The notes: generated by a model not told the origin, from the sequence alone. A stretch of DNA of 64,000 nucleotides from Styela clava (GCF_964204865.1 NC_135255.1:12586001-12650000), one strand, 5' to 3'. Shown: positions 11,443-26,400, counted from the first letter of the stretch. Translations and numbers: made by a program.

Positions 11443-14400
11443 TCAGAAAAATCTTGCAGGAGCTGCTACAGATAATTTAAAATCTTGTGGTTGAAGTTCC
11501 CCAGATTTTAAAGAAAGTGTTCGTATTTTTGAAGAATATGTCTTTGCATCATCCACCTGAAATCAATAAGAAGCAATTCTGATATAATTTTCATTATTAC
11601 CATATATAGAAAAAGTCTGTTTTGGACAAGCAAGTTTTTTTTTTTCAACCAGCAAAATGATACAAATGCAAAAATATGTGAAAAGTCAAAAACATAATTT
11701 TACTGAGAAAAGGGAAGCTGCGAGGAATCAAAGCTTGTTATTAAGCAGCGACACACAAGATTCTAGTATCTAATCAATATAACGTCTAATGACTAGGACG
11801 AGAATTGAAAATACATTACATGAAAATACAATACATACATTACATTTAATTTTTTCGCAGCTTTTGCGATCTGTATTTAAAAAAAAGGGTTATTTTACTG
11901 AGAATCCAGAATAAAAATACAAATATTATTTCAAAACATTCATGTAATTTATATTGTCACCAGGACAACAGTTTACATGGTAGCGCATTGACATTGTCAT
12001 AGTAACTTTCACAATAAACTATAACCCCAAATCTGACTCACCAGACCACACAAAAATGATTCTAAAATCCCACCTTACTACTGTCATTCCTTGAATTCTG
12101 TGGCACAGGAACAGCAAACAATGAGCCTTCCCTTCGGAATATTCTTTGCCCTTGAGTTTGACTGCTTTCTTTTCCACCTTTAGCACTCAAGAAAATCTTA
12201 GAAACGTTATTAATTTGTCTTTTGCGATCGACGTAATTGCGGCGTTCTTTGACGACTCGTTTTTCCTGGGGTTTCATTGCATTCATCAAAGATGTTTGGT
12301 TTGATGAGCGTCTGCTTCTTCCAGGAGATTCATAAGGACTGGGTGGCTGATTTTGAACAACTGGCGATATTGCAGGATCGAATTTAAGACAGGATTCATG
12401 GTAAACTGTACCAGACCTAAAATAAGATGAGTACTATTTAAGCTATTCAATATTTGCCAGCTGTACTTCTCTCTCGAATCTGCATTTTACAGATTCATTC
12501 ATTTCATGTCAAGTTCTGAATTCAAACAGATACCATATTTGCTCGTTTTGTAGCCCGGGCCCATATTTTTTTAACCAAACTCACTAACTGGGCCCCAATT
12601 CAAACTGGCCCTTATTCAAGCACAGCGCTTGTTATGTTTAAAGTAAAATCTTACACAAAAATATATAAAAAAACATATATATATAAATAAGATCGATCGT
12701 TACAATAATTAATAGTTCTATTTCCTATTGTTCTCTACCATTGAAAAATCAGCTATCGGGCGAGTATTCAAGCACCGGCCCTTATTTATTTTTATGTTCT
12801 GTTCACACATGCGGCCATTCAAGCAGGCCCTTAATCAAGATCGGGCAGTAAAACGATCATATACGGTAAATAATTTTTTGGGAAATGAATTAATATTTTG
12901 TGATGTACCGTTAAGTTAACTCTGTTGTAGGTATTACTACATAAAGAATTAGGGATGGGACGAGTCCGGCATTACAGAGATTCGACGAATCCGAGTAATA
13001 GGTCAAGGACTCGAATCGAATCTGCCGAGTCCGTGACGTCATAATAGAAAAGCAGAAAAACACGTTTTTGACCATGCTACAGCATCGTGCGCTCACAAAT
13101 ATACGTCGTAGCTCATATTTTTTGCCTGATGGTTCCGCAGATAGCTGTTGAATCATTTTAATAATATCTTTTTCTCTTTTTGGCGGCCATGATACAAACG
13201 TAAACGTGGGCCAATGTGCGCCTTGGCTGTGAACTGGATTTCCAGCCCACCACCTTGCGTCAATTCTGGTCGGCTATTCAGATATTCTTACATGTTAATA
13301 TGAAAAATAAAAAATCTTTTGACTACAATGCTTTCCCGTAATTCCAGATATTTCTAGCCGTGAATTTACTATGTCACGTGCGCATATGGTAGAGAAATGC
13401 CACTCGTCGTCAATACATTCTGGTACAATTTAATAGTTCATCTAAACGTTCTAAAACTCTCCATGCTTTCCATTGCCTTTTTAGCGAAAGGATTGCACGT
13501 AGTAAACCCGATTTAAAAGAGGTATTGATGAGATTCCTCATTGGGTTGATTCAGGGCATGTTTCATTTTTACGCGAATCTAAAACTCAAAAATATTGCGC
13601 TAACACATATTTTATTGTGTACCACATGTATACCGAAAAGAATAGATAGTTTGAAGGCGACTGGCGCAACATCATTGTTATAAGCGATCAATTTTTTTTA
13701 ACTTGCGTTATATTATCTGGATATCTGTCGTCGTTTTATTAGGAGTGTTTATAATGCACACGAGGGATATTGTTACAGAGCTAACTTTGAATTTTACTAG
13801 TTAAGGTATGTAGTGGGATTTAAAGAGGTAAAAGTACAAACATAGGCGTAAATTAGTAAAAACAGAATTGATTATAGACTCGGTAAAAACGACGTGGACT
13901 CGAAATCGAATCCGAGTCCAAAAAATGCCTGGATTCGACTCGAATCCGAGTCCGGATCCGAATCCCGGCCCATCCCTATAAAGAATACAAAATACATTTG
14001 CGTCACTTTAACATTGGTGCATAAATCAAGACTTATGGAATGGTGACTATGGTGATTCCAAAACGATAAACAGCATCAGATTGTAGTTGCTTGTATTGTC
14101 CTATTAGCATACTCTTACCCAAAAATGACAATATTGCTGTCTCCTTTATCTCCTGTACCAAATCCAAGTATACTTTCCCGACATGCAGCACAATATTGAG
14201 ATCTTGGAGCAATTCCATGAACAACAAATTTCTTCAATGAAGAAAGAGATTCATGTCGATCACTGTGAAAATTTAAAGTAAAGTTTTATCTTACGGTACA
14301 AAAATGCTTACCTTGGCGTATATAAAAAATTTTCAAATTCTTTAGTCTGTATAGTCGTAGTTTCTCTCACTTTGTTTAAATGAACATCAATAATGGTTAT

Positions 14401-17400
14401 TATCAGAATTGCAAGAAAATTAGTTTTACCTAGATACATTCCAATAATTAGAATGTAACAGTAAATTATTATAAAAGAAAAAAAGGGAACAACATCCTAA
14501 TATTGTATTAAACGAGCATCATGACTAAATGTCATCATGACTACTAATTGTCAGTAGGCATGTAGCAGTTCAAACCAAACGATCAGGAAAACAGCTACAA
14601 GCGAATTCCACATAACGTTGTATTTGAATTTGGCTAAGTAAAGCATTCATTCTATAGTTTTATGGATATATTGCCCTTTTGCAGTCCTTCAATCTGTCTC
14701 TTTTATAGTCATCCAATCAGGCACATTATGAATATTTATTTATAGTGTCAACTGCTTACCGAGATAACAAATTCAAAGTTGTATCAAGCAAAGTTTTTTC
14801 GTATTGATAAGTTTCCAACATTCCAAGAAGAATTTCTTTGATTTCACCAAAATTTCCAGTGTCATAGGCAGGGTCCTGAAAAAAGTCCAAAATAGTTGTT
14901 AGCAATGACTTAATACTCAATCGGAATAAAGATCAAAATTTGGTAAAACTTTTGAAATAAATTAGTATATAAAGTAACTAATGCTTCAAAAAATATTGAT
15001 TTTGTAATGTGCAAACTAATCATTATCAATTAACGCTGTGCATAATTTACCAAAACTTTGCAATTACTCCTAAATTTAAAAAAAAAATGGTCAAAAACAG
15101 TATTTTCCCAAATTTCATGTAATTGGAATTTAGTCTCAAGAATATCTTGACTTAAGCTATTTAACACTTCACAATGGCTCAAGTAATAATTGCAAAAATA
15201 CTTTTAGAAATTGATTCAAAATATATTCAGGGTAGTAATTAAACGACCTTCTTGGTTGCCATACACCAAGAACATTAAAAAAAGGTTTTATTGCAATTGC
15301 AAGTCGAAAAAGCCTTGTTTTCCAAACAGCTCCAGAATAACATATGGTAATTATGTTTCAAAATTTGTAAGTTGGAAATTGGAATACAGATTGCATTGAA
15401 ACTAGACATAAAGCTACAGTCTTATATACATTATAATAAAGACAAAAAAGTGCTTACCTGTATAATCTTTTGCAAAAGAGCTGGCAATGACATATGGCTC
15501 ATCATACTGGTGAGTACATGCTGAGCTAACTCTTTCAAAATCTTTTCCAATTCTGAATTTGAATTCCCAAGAGTGATTGTTGAATCTGAAGTAATTTCAC
15601 GACGAGGACTTACTACGGTATCCAGTAACGGGAACCAGAGTTTCTAATGAAAAAAATATAATAAATTTTCAGAATAGTTATGCTTTTAGATATAAATTAT
15701 GCAGTGGTATTTATTTTACCATCAAGTGAAGACAAAGAAACAATAAACATGATTAATTCACAGGAGAACAACTGACTTTCAAAGGTGAAGTGATTCATAG
15801 AAAATTGTTTATCAGGGTTTGACACACCCCCATAAAGCAATGATACTTTTTAGCGTGTGAAATAAACAAAAATTAAAATAATGTTTACTAAAATTCCTAA
15901 GGCTTCCACAGTTTATGGAGTATCGAAACAGAAGACGACTTGTGCGAAAGTGTATTTTCTTCTGTGGAGGATAACATTTTTGGAATTTCAATTTTTGAAT
16001 TGGTTGATGAGAAAACGGCAATAGATTGTGGAAAAATCAAAAATTTCATAACGATCGACGCGTTTTTTGTTGTTGCCATGGAAACTCACATTACTAGGGT
16101 GGCAAGATAACCCACACAAAAAATTTATCCGGATTGATCCAGCTGTTTACACGGCACATCTAAACAGACAAAACGACTGCTAATAAAGGTCTCCTAGAGC
16201 AGAGATCCAATATATTAGTTATTAATGAGCTAACTGAACAAAAAAGCAAATATTTCATTCCTGTAATTAAAATTAGGGCCATAAAGGGCCAAGTCACCGG
16301 AAAGGTAACTAAGTTTAATGAATTTTTTATTTCACAAAGAATACTACTTACTAACCTCCATTTGTTCTTCTGAAAGTTTAGATGAACTTCTTTGACATAA
16401 TCCAATAACACTTTCAAATATTGATTTTGATTCAGCCATCAGTTTTTCTAGAAGTTAATAAATACGCTCTTAGAACTCAATTACTGAGAGTACCGTATAT
16501 CCTCGCGTATATATTGAATTTAAAAATAAAAATCGGCCATACTGAGAGGTCGGCTTATATGCGCATAACTCATACATGTGATCGCTTGTACAGTCTGTGA
16601 TTAGTTGCCATACACGTGATCGCTTGTGTGTTTACGCTATGAACAGTCTGTGATTGATCGGTCGGTACAGTGATAATGTCTAACTCTATCAATTAAAGGA
16701 AAATAATGTCTTACGCTTGTTCTTTTAAACTAAAAGTAGTAGCGGCTGCAAAAAATACAAGCAACGAGGAAGCAGCAAAAAACTTTGGAGTGGATAAGAG
16801 CAATATTAGAAGATGGAGGAAGGATAGTTCATAGTTGGATTTCATCCCAAATTCAAACGTGTGAAAAGAGGGCCCAAAACTGGACAATATCCTGAATAGG
16901 AAAAAGACATTCTTAAATGGTTCGGGTGCAGTTGCAAGCATTGCAGATGGCCAAATCTGGATAATACCAAGGCACCTCAACCTTCCAATGATTGGTGTAC
17001 AAGGTTTTTGATGAGAAATGGGATATCACTAAGACAAAGAACAAAAATAGCCCAAAAGCTGCCATCAGAATTTCAGGAAAAAGTTATGAACTTTCAACAT
17101 TACGTGATAATATTCGAATGACTGATGATCTCCCTCTCAATGGAATAGGCAATATGGACGAGACCCCGATGTGTTTGACATGCCAAGCAATAAAACAATA
17201 AACCCAAAAGGTGAAAAAACAGTCCTGTTCAAGACGACAGGGCAAAAAAACATTTCACAGTAGTGCTCAGTTGCACTGCAGATGGAGCGAAATTGCCAAC
17301 AATGGTAATCTTCAAACGAAAAGCACCCCCAAAGGATAAATTTTCCTGTGGTGTAGTCATCCATCAGCACCCAAAGGGATGGATGGACGAAGAAGGCGCA

Positions 17401-20400
17401 ATGAAATGGATAAATAAGGTGTGAGTGCTCAAAAATGGAGGTCTTCTCAAGAAACTCTCCATGTTAGTCTGGGACCAATTAAGAGCTTTAATTCTTTACC
17501 AAATAGGTAAAGCTGTCTCTGAAGGAGTCAAACACTGTCTCGGCAGTCATACCAGGATGGTTGATTGGAATACTACAACCCTTAGATGTCAGTCTGAACA
17601 GACCCTTCAAGCCACACATGCGAAACCAGCGGACGGCAGATGGCATGGCTGAACATACAGTCAAAGGGAACTTCAAGCGCCTTCCTTTGTTTACAGTTGT
17701 GTCTTGGGTGACGGCCTCATGGGAAATGATTCCCAAAGATATGATAAAAAAGTCATTTATAAAATGTTGCATCAGCAACAATTTAGATGGCATGGAAGAC
17801 TGTGTCGTATGGCAGGAGGACAGTGATACAGATGGAGAAACGTTGGATGTTGACTGCATGGAATGATCTCTTTGGGGAGTGTGATACTGAGGAGGAATTC
17901 GAAAGATTTTGAGACTCTTATTACCGTTATTTATTTTCGTTATTCTTAATCTTATTCTTACCGTTTTCAATAAAAGTAATATAACAACAATGAAAAAAAA
18001 TTCGATTTTATCATTTACACAAGAGCAACAGCCTCGATTTACAGCCAGCCGCTTCTTGGTCAAAACGTTATTATTTGGGGCGCTATCGCCGTAACGCAAA
18101 TAACAGTGCCAGACTTTTGATCACAAATCAGCTTCACAAATCCCGTGTCAACCGATCTTTCTCTCATTCAACAAAATTTTTCATGTACATGTACTCCTTT
18201 GTGAATTGAGTGGCTCCATATAACTTGTAGTGATAATGATATTTACTCTGGTAACTTCAATTTTGAGTGACATTACATAGAGTGAAATCATAACAAAACT
18301 GCCTCCACATCACGACTCCATATTTCCCTATCTTAACCTTTTTTTTCCGAATATCACATATATTCGTACTCTCCGCCATCCTTGCTCATAATATGACAAT
18401 AATAGTTATTTTGTCGCCGAAGTATTTTGGCACTAAAATAGAATCCTTTTGAACACCCAAGCATGATCCATGCTTGTTCCAAGTGTTCGCAATCTTGCGT
18501 AATAGCGCACCGCGCAAGCTGTGTAGCCCGAATTTTTTTAATACGCCCATATTATTTTCTCAGTGGTTCTAGGATAGTAAAACACGTTTATATTTACTTC
18601 TTACTAAGTCAGCACTATGGAACGATGTCATTTTGCGCATATATCATTTTCGCTGTGAATAACGATCTAATGAAATTCCTACATTTCTGCAATGAAGATG
18701 ATGCTCGCTCGTCACGAGAAGACCCGGCAAGAGATAAACTCTACAAAATTAGACCTCTCTTGAACTTACTCGAAACGAGGATGCTAACAGTTTACACGCC
18801 TAGACGTGAAATATCGATTGACGAGTCTCTAATCTCGTTCAAAGGACGAATTGGATTCCGCCAAGTTATTTGTTCCAAAAGGGTTCGTTTTGGAATGAAA
18901 GTGTGGGTATTGGCGGAATCCAAAACTGGTTATATTTCCCGTAACATCATTCGAACACCAGAACTATCACCTCTATGTCAATAATTTTTATTCTAGTCCC
19001 GACCTGTTCGTTTCGTTATTAGAGCGGGGCGTATACGCCTGTGGGACAATAGGACCAAATCGAAAGGGGTTTCCGAAAGACCCTATCATGAAATCAATCG
19101 CCAAAATTCAAAGGAGTTTTACCGACTGGCGAGTATCCGGGGAGCTACTTGCCCAGTCTTGGGTGGACAATAAAGCGGTTTCTTTTCTATCCACAATTCA
19201 TGGCCCTGAATATCCCGAATCATATGAAGGTTCAAAGTCAGTAAAAAGAAGAGGTGGGCGCGGCACAGCGTCCATGGGTGTAGATGTCACATGCCCACCA
19301 TTTCTTGTCGATTACAACATCCATATGGGCGGGGTTGATCTTTCCGACCAGATGCGGAAATACCATAATATGGCCCGCAAGTCCAAAGCGTGGTACAGAC
19401 GCGTGTTTTCCTACCTACTTGAAGTATGTATACATATCGCAGGAGTTGTGTGCGAATCTGCATCTGGTCGGAGATGAAACGGGGTGAAATTCAGACAAAA
19501 CCTTGTGGAAGAGTTAGTCAGTGGCTCCAGAGGAAGCAGAAGACCTTCCCGTAGGTTAGCGAAATCGGCGGCGACTACTCGTTTACAGGCCGGGTACCAT
19601 TTAGCCAGGTATGTTGGTCCACCAAAGGTCTGTGCTGTCTGTACTAAGCGAAACCAAGTGGCCCCAATTGAACATAAAGTAAAACGGGCGTCGCAGACAA
19701 CAACAATGTGCATAAAATGCGAAGTACATTTGTGTATGGGTAATGGCAGAACTTGTTTTGAAGAATACCACAAGAAAGTAGAGTATTGGCGGTGAATGAT
19801 TCCTGTTGTTTTTGTATATATTGTAGTTTTTGTGTAAATATTTGTTTTTAGTCGTCATGTTTTGTATGTGTGTGTGATATAAAAAAATATATATAAACAT
19901 ACAAGGAATTTGTGTTTACTTGGTAATGAAATAACTTTGAACGAGCATGCGATCGATCTTTGTCACGCAAAGCAAACGTAAGATTTTCAGATGGTATACG
20001 CAATGATAGGTCAGCTGCGCAATTGACAAACGCTCATATAATCTTTATTATATATAATTTGGTTTCTCGTAGAAATACAAGTCTGGAAGACGACGTGTTG
20101 CTCGTTCACGAGAGTATTCTCTATCTCTTTTATCTATCGTGTGCTTACCACAGCGTGGAGAGTAAGAAAACTCTTTCTCAAAATTTTTTGAAAATTCTCT
20201 CCTACAACAGGCATGCGGAAGATTTTTTATATTTGTGGCACTTTTTTTATTTGTTTGATACCTCGGTAATCAAACATAATTCGTTCAGAATTAGTGTTCG
20301 ACTACCGATTTGTTCGAGTATCGAAACTTTTTTGCCATGAAAAACAATTGTAATTATTTAAGTACATTCTTATGCATTCCAACTAGTACTTTTCACTACT

Positions 20401-23400
20401 TTTCTTTTGGGGCCATGATTAGCAGTAAAAAAAGTTCAAGAAATTTTCACAACAACTGTTATCCCGTAACGTTCCAACTTGAATTGATGCTTGTTGAATG
20501 GTCGAGAGGCAGCCGAGATGCACAGTTCAAGTAGCGTGACATCTCACTCCGCCGCATGTTCGATCTCTGAATTTCAGTTCGAGTACTGCAGCATTTTTAA
20601 TTCAAATTTTTTGGTCGACTACCGAATTGTTCGAGTGTCGAGTATTTTACTACCAAGGTATCACTGTATAGAAGGTTTATTTGTCTGATAATAAAATCTT
20701 TTTTGATATACCTGTATCAAGGCTGATGGAGTTTTCAATATCGTTTTCACATCTTTCGACAAATTTTTGTAATTTATCTTTTGCAACTTTGTGAAGAATC
20801 ATATATCATTTTCGCTGTAAATAACGAGGTCAATTTTGTATCCGTAATGTTTTCGTTGTGTATAAAACAATGCAAGATCATGCCGAGGGATCGATATCAT
20901 GATCTACTGAAATTCCTACATTTCTGCAATGAAGATGATGCTCGCTCGTCACGAGAAGACCCGGCAAGAGATAAACTCTACAAAATTAGACCTCTCTTGA
21001 ACTTACTCGAAACGAGGATGCTAACAGTTTACACGCCTAGACGTGAAATATCGATTGACGAGTCTCTAATCTCGTTCAAAGGACGAATTGGATTCCGCCA
21101 AGTTATTTGTTCCAAAAGGGTTCGTTTTGGAATGAAAGTGTGGGTATTGGAATCCAAAACTGGTTATATTTCCCGTATACAGTTGTATACGGGTAAAAAG
21201 TGCTACCGCGGCGCCGGAGGTGGGCCAAGCTACTCGAGTGGTGAACGATTTGATAGCATCATTCGAATACCAGAACTATCACCTTTATGTCAATAATTTT
21301 TGTTCTAGTCCCGACCTGTTCGTTTCGTTATTAGAGCGAGCGTATACGCCTGTGGGACTATGAGACCAAATCGAAAAGGGTTTCCGAAAGATCTTATCAT
21401 GAAATCAATCGCCAAAATTCAAAGGGGTTTTACCGACTGGTGAGGAGCTCCTTGCCCAGTCTTGGGTGGACAATGAAGCGGTTTCTTTTCTATCCACAAT
21501 TCATGGCCCTGAATATCCCGAATCATAAGATGGTTCAAAGTTAGTAAAAAGAAGAGGTGAGCGCGGCACAGCGTCCGCGGGTGTAGATGTCACATGCCCA
21601 CCACTTCTTGCTGATTACAACACCCATATGGGCGGGTTGATCTTTCCGACCAGATGCGGAAATACCATAATATGGCCCGCAAGTCCAAAGCGTGGTACAG
21701 ACGCATGTTTTCCTACCTACTTGAAGTATGTATACATAAAGTAGGAGTTGTGTGCGAATCCGCATCTGGTCGGAGATGGAACGGGGTGAAATTCAGACAA
21801 AACCTTGTAGATGAGTTAGTCGGTAGCTCCAGAAGAAGCAGAAGACCTTCCCGTAGGTCAGCGGAATCGGCGGCGACTACTCGTTTACAGGCCGGGTACC
21901 ATTTAGCCAGGTATGTTGGTCCACCAAAGGTCTGTGCTGTCTGTACTAAGCGAAACCAAGTGGCCCCAATTGAACATAAAGTAAAACGAGTGTCGCAGAC
22001 AACAACAATGTGCATAGAATGCGGAGTACATTTGTGTACGGGTAATGGCAGAACCTGTTTTGAAGAATACCACAAGAAAGTAGAGTATTGGCGGTGAATG
22101 ATTCCTGTTGTTTTTGTATATATTGTAGTTTCTGTGTAAATATTCGTTTTTAGTCATCATGTTTCGTATGTGTGTGTGATATATAAATATATATATAAAC
22201 ATACAAGGAATTTGTGTTTACTTGGCAATGAAATAACTTTGAACGAGCAAGCGATCAATCTTTGTCACACAAAGCAAACGTAAGATTTCCAGACAGTATA
22301 CGCAATGATAGGTCAGCTGCGCAATTGACAAACGCTCATATAATCTTTATTATATATAATTTGGTTTCTCGTAGGAATACAAGTCTGGAATTGTCTGAAA
22401 GATGAGGTGTTGCTCGTTCACGAGAGTATTCTCTATCTCTTTTATCTAACGTGTGCTTACCACAGCGTGGAGAGGAAGAAAACACTTTCTCAAAATTTTC
22501 AACAGGCATACGGAAGATTTTTTCTATTTGTGGCACTTTTGGTTAACTATTTATTACATTTTATAAAAGGGGTAAAAAAGTCCCTTTGGACCAGCGGAAA
22601 AAAAAGTTGAGTAATAAGGTACGGTGATACCGTACCGGTGTTCGACTACCGATTTGTTCAAGTATCGAAACTTTTTTGCCATGAGAAACAATTGTAATTA
22701 TTTTAGTACATTCTTACGCATTCCAACTAGTACTTTTCACTACTTTTCTTTTGGGGCCATGATTAACAGTAAAAAAAGGGCAAGAAATTTTCACAACAAA
22801 TGTTATCCCGTAACGTTCCAACTTGAATTGATGCTTGTTGAATGGTCGGAGGCAGCCGAGATGCACAGTTCAAGTAGCGTGACATCTCACTCCGCTGCAT
22901 GTTCGATCTCTGAATTTCCGTTCGAGTACCGCAGCACTTTTAATTCAAATTTTTTGGTAGACTTCCGAATTGTTCGAGTGTCAAGTATTTTACTACCAAG
23001 GTATCACTATATAGAAGGTTTATTTGTCTGATAATAAAATCTTTTTTGATATACCTGTATCAAGGCTGACGGAGTTTTCAATATCGTTTTCACATCTTTC
23101 GACAAATTTTTGTAATTTATCTTTTGCAACTTTGTGAAGAATCATGAACGCTGCAGAACAATCATCATTTTCTTCAAGTAAATATGCAGTGGCTTCATCA
23201 ACATGATATCTTCGAACAATCTAAATAAAATATGACGCACAAATTTTATTTTAATAAGGTGCCTACTTCAAAAAAAAAATAAATGTATGAATGAATAAAT
23301 GTTATGAAGGGGTCACGTTTACGAGTGGAAAAATTTACAGAAAATTTGCAAGGTCGGGTGAACCAAATCAGAAGTGAAGAAAACCCATTATTGAGCAAAG

Positions 23401-26400
23401 TTATGACTAGGGGTGCATAATGTGCTATTAAAATTTTGCTTTATAATATTTGAAGTAGTAAAACATGAACTGCTTTCAACTGTACAAAAGCATGAGTGTG
23501 CTTATAATATTAGCTAAGGATTGAACAATTAAAGTAGTTTTTATTATTGAGCTAGAAATAGAGTGTCAGAATAGGCGAAGGAAGGCATTCAACAAGAAAG
23601 GTAGGAAACCACTGACTTAAGATAAAATCTTAACATTTCATATTTTTTATTCAAAGCTGAAACAAGCAGAAACCTGTACAAAGACAGTGTTTCTTGTTTG
23701 TTAGAGACAAAGATTTTGTTGTAAGAGCTTTCCTCTGCAAATACTGGATGTACTATTTCAAATTTCCAGGACTTTTACTTGCAAATTTTCCCTCAAGGGC
23801 TCAATATTTAACCACGAATTTTGCTAGTTTTATGTATATTTTGCCCTCACATACTATTCCGTCATGCAAATCACCAATCCAATTGGTGCTCAGCTAAGAC
23901 CTTAAAGTTACTGGTGTGGAAAGCTAAAGAGGTTGAATGGGAAATCCCTGATTCCAGGCCTTATGTTGGTTAACTGACCAAAATGCTCACCTATTTGAGC
24001 ACTGCACTTTCTTGTTAATCGTTAGACTGGACTGATCAACTATTTTTGCAACAAAATGTCCCAAATCTTGCTTTAGTTAATCTGTTATCTGCAGTGATGA
24101 CTTACCTCTATAGAATTAGAAGGTCGGTTCGATTCCAAAGATTTCAAAAATTGCAGAACTTTGTTTCTATCGAATTGGCACATGAGAGAAAGATAAACTT
24201 GAACCATTTCAGGGTCAGATGTATAAGGATTTGGACCTTCTGGCTCTATAGATAAATCACCTGACAAAGATCAAGAAATTTGGCTTGAATTGTTGATATA
24301 ATATTAAAAATTAAAATTACAAAATAGGAGACCGAAGAAAGAAAGTGCTAGAAACATTGCATCAGATTTTCTCTGGACCGGAGCAAACACGAGGTTAGAG
24401 TGTTGGAATTGTGTTGATGTTGCAAAATGAAGATCTCAAATTTGAAACCTTCATGTTACACCTCAGCTTCACCAGAATTTAAATTAAGTAGGATATACTG
24501 AATTGAATAAATTATGGTATTTGCAAAATATAGGTGCAACACCACAAGTGTGCAAGGCTGAGTACTTTGTTGTTAAAGGCAGGAGCGTAACGAGGTGGGA
24601 TTGAGGTGGGCAGTTCCATTTGAAAGGCATATTGTTGTATCGCACATAGCAATTTTTCGCGGCTTGGATCGCCTTCTAGACCCTCAATACTATTGAAAAC
24701 CCACACCCCCCCCCCCTGAAAATTCCCGACTATGCCTTGGTTAGAGGGATGGTACCAACTATGATGATGACGAAGGTTGAAGGTTAATTAGGCAATGCTG
24801 AATTGGAAATATTTAGTCCTTCCAAATAAGGTAACTCCTTATGTATCAATAGCTGTGATCGTACATAGCACTGAATGAAGTGAAGACGCCAAAAAACACA
24901 TCAGTGGCAGTTTGTCCAAAGCCCTTTTTGAAAACATAGTGTAAACTACATATGAAAAACAGCGCTCCAGAAGTATGAGTACCAATATGGAGGTAAATAA
25001 ATTTGTTCGCCTACTTTACATCAAGTTGTGTAAAGGGACAGAAACTTATGGGCAGGGGGTATATTCACTTGGCTAACACAAACAGTCCCGAACTCGTAAT
25101 AGAACTAAAATAAGGTAAATCGGAATAAAATTATGGCCTAACTCTAATTATGGCCAACTACGAGAGTACCAAAAAAACAACCATCACCATAATTTAAACA
25201 ATGAACTTACTTACCGTTTAAACTTGCATTATCGGCATCATGAAAATGTGATGTTGAAGGATTAAAAAGTCCTTTCAAGAAGAAATAAAGCATCTGAGGT
25301 TGATCCTAGAATTTATATTAAATATTACAAACAAATATCATACACAGCTAGGATTCATAATACACTAATTCATTGGTTCTCAAACTTTTTTGGCCGCGCC
25401 CCCTTTTTAGAATTTGTCAAGTCTCGCGCCCTACCTTAAAAATGCCTAGCTAACAATAAGCTACAAATAACAGATAGTAAGAAAAAATATGTTTTATTTA
25501 AAAAACATGTTGAAAATATGAGGATGGAATCGCAATTTCTAAATAATAAAGAAATGTAAATATCCAAAATATGGGGGGGGGGGGGGGCAAGATCAAACCC
25601 AACAAATATTTTTGCCTTAAAAAGTTGTCTACGCCCCTCTGTGGGGCGCGTCCAACCGTTTTGAGAACCACTGCAAATACTAATACAACAAAAAATAATA
25701 ATACTTTTTGTTGCAAGAACACATTATGTCAGGAATGGAAACAAAATGCCATCCATGTGTTACTTTAATATCTGTATTCCAACATCTCGAATATGCCCTT
25801 TCGCTCAGAATGTAAATGTGCAAAGCTACTTAAAAACTTTAAATAGAGATGTATACCCATACAAAACCGACTATTGCTGTGATGTGAAAACAAATGGAAC
25901 CTGTGCGAGATTACTATTAGCAAAACTGTAAATCCTACCTTCAATTTAGCCGCGACAGTTTGTAGTGATCCATGAAGTACTGTTGTTACAAGATTTGCAG
26001 TTTGATCACTGTCGATTTTGATCAATTCCTGGCAAATTGAATAAACATTATCTTAACAAATATTTTGACTAATCAAAAATGTGCTTCAGAGCTGTTGAAT
26101 ACAGAAGACTACATACCTTTATATTTTGTGAAACTTTTTCCACTAATAAATCTTTTTCTCCTTCATCGACAGTTTTATCTTGTAATGTATCTCGGATGTA
26201 TCGAAATGCATGTTCCTGGAATAAACGGTTTCAAGGCTTACTATAACTTCATATCAATGTAGTTATCAGACAGTAGGGATGGGAATTTTTGAATACCTTA
26301 TTTAGAAATCGAATCTCGAATACTTGGGAGATATCTCAATAAGGAGCTCCAGAAGTCTCTTTTCTCAATTCATTTGCAATAGAAATATTCTGTTCAAAAT

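Noticed and set aside
16072-16085. Perfect RFX X-box GTTGCCATGGAAAC in a VPS8 intron
   Set aside because: Lies inside a repeat-like (HINE-type) segment with no promoter context.
17488-18099. 203-aa minus-strand ORF
   Set aside because: Largely the antisense shadow of the pogo transposase remnant.
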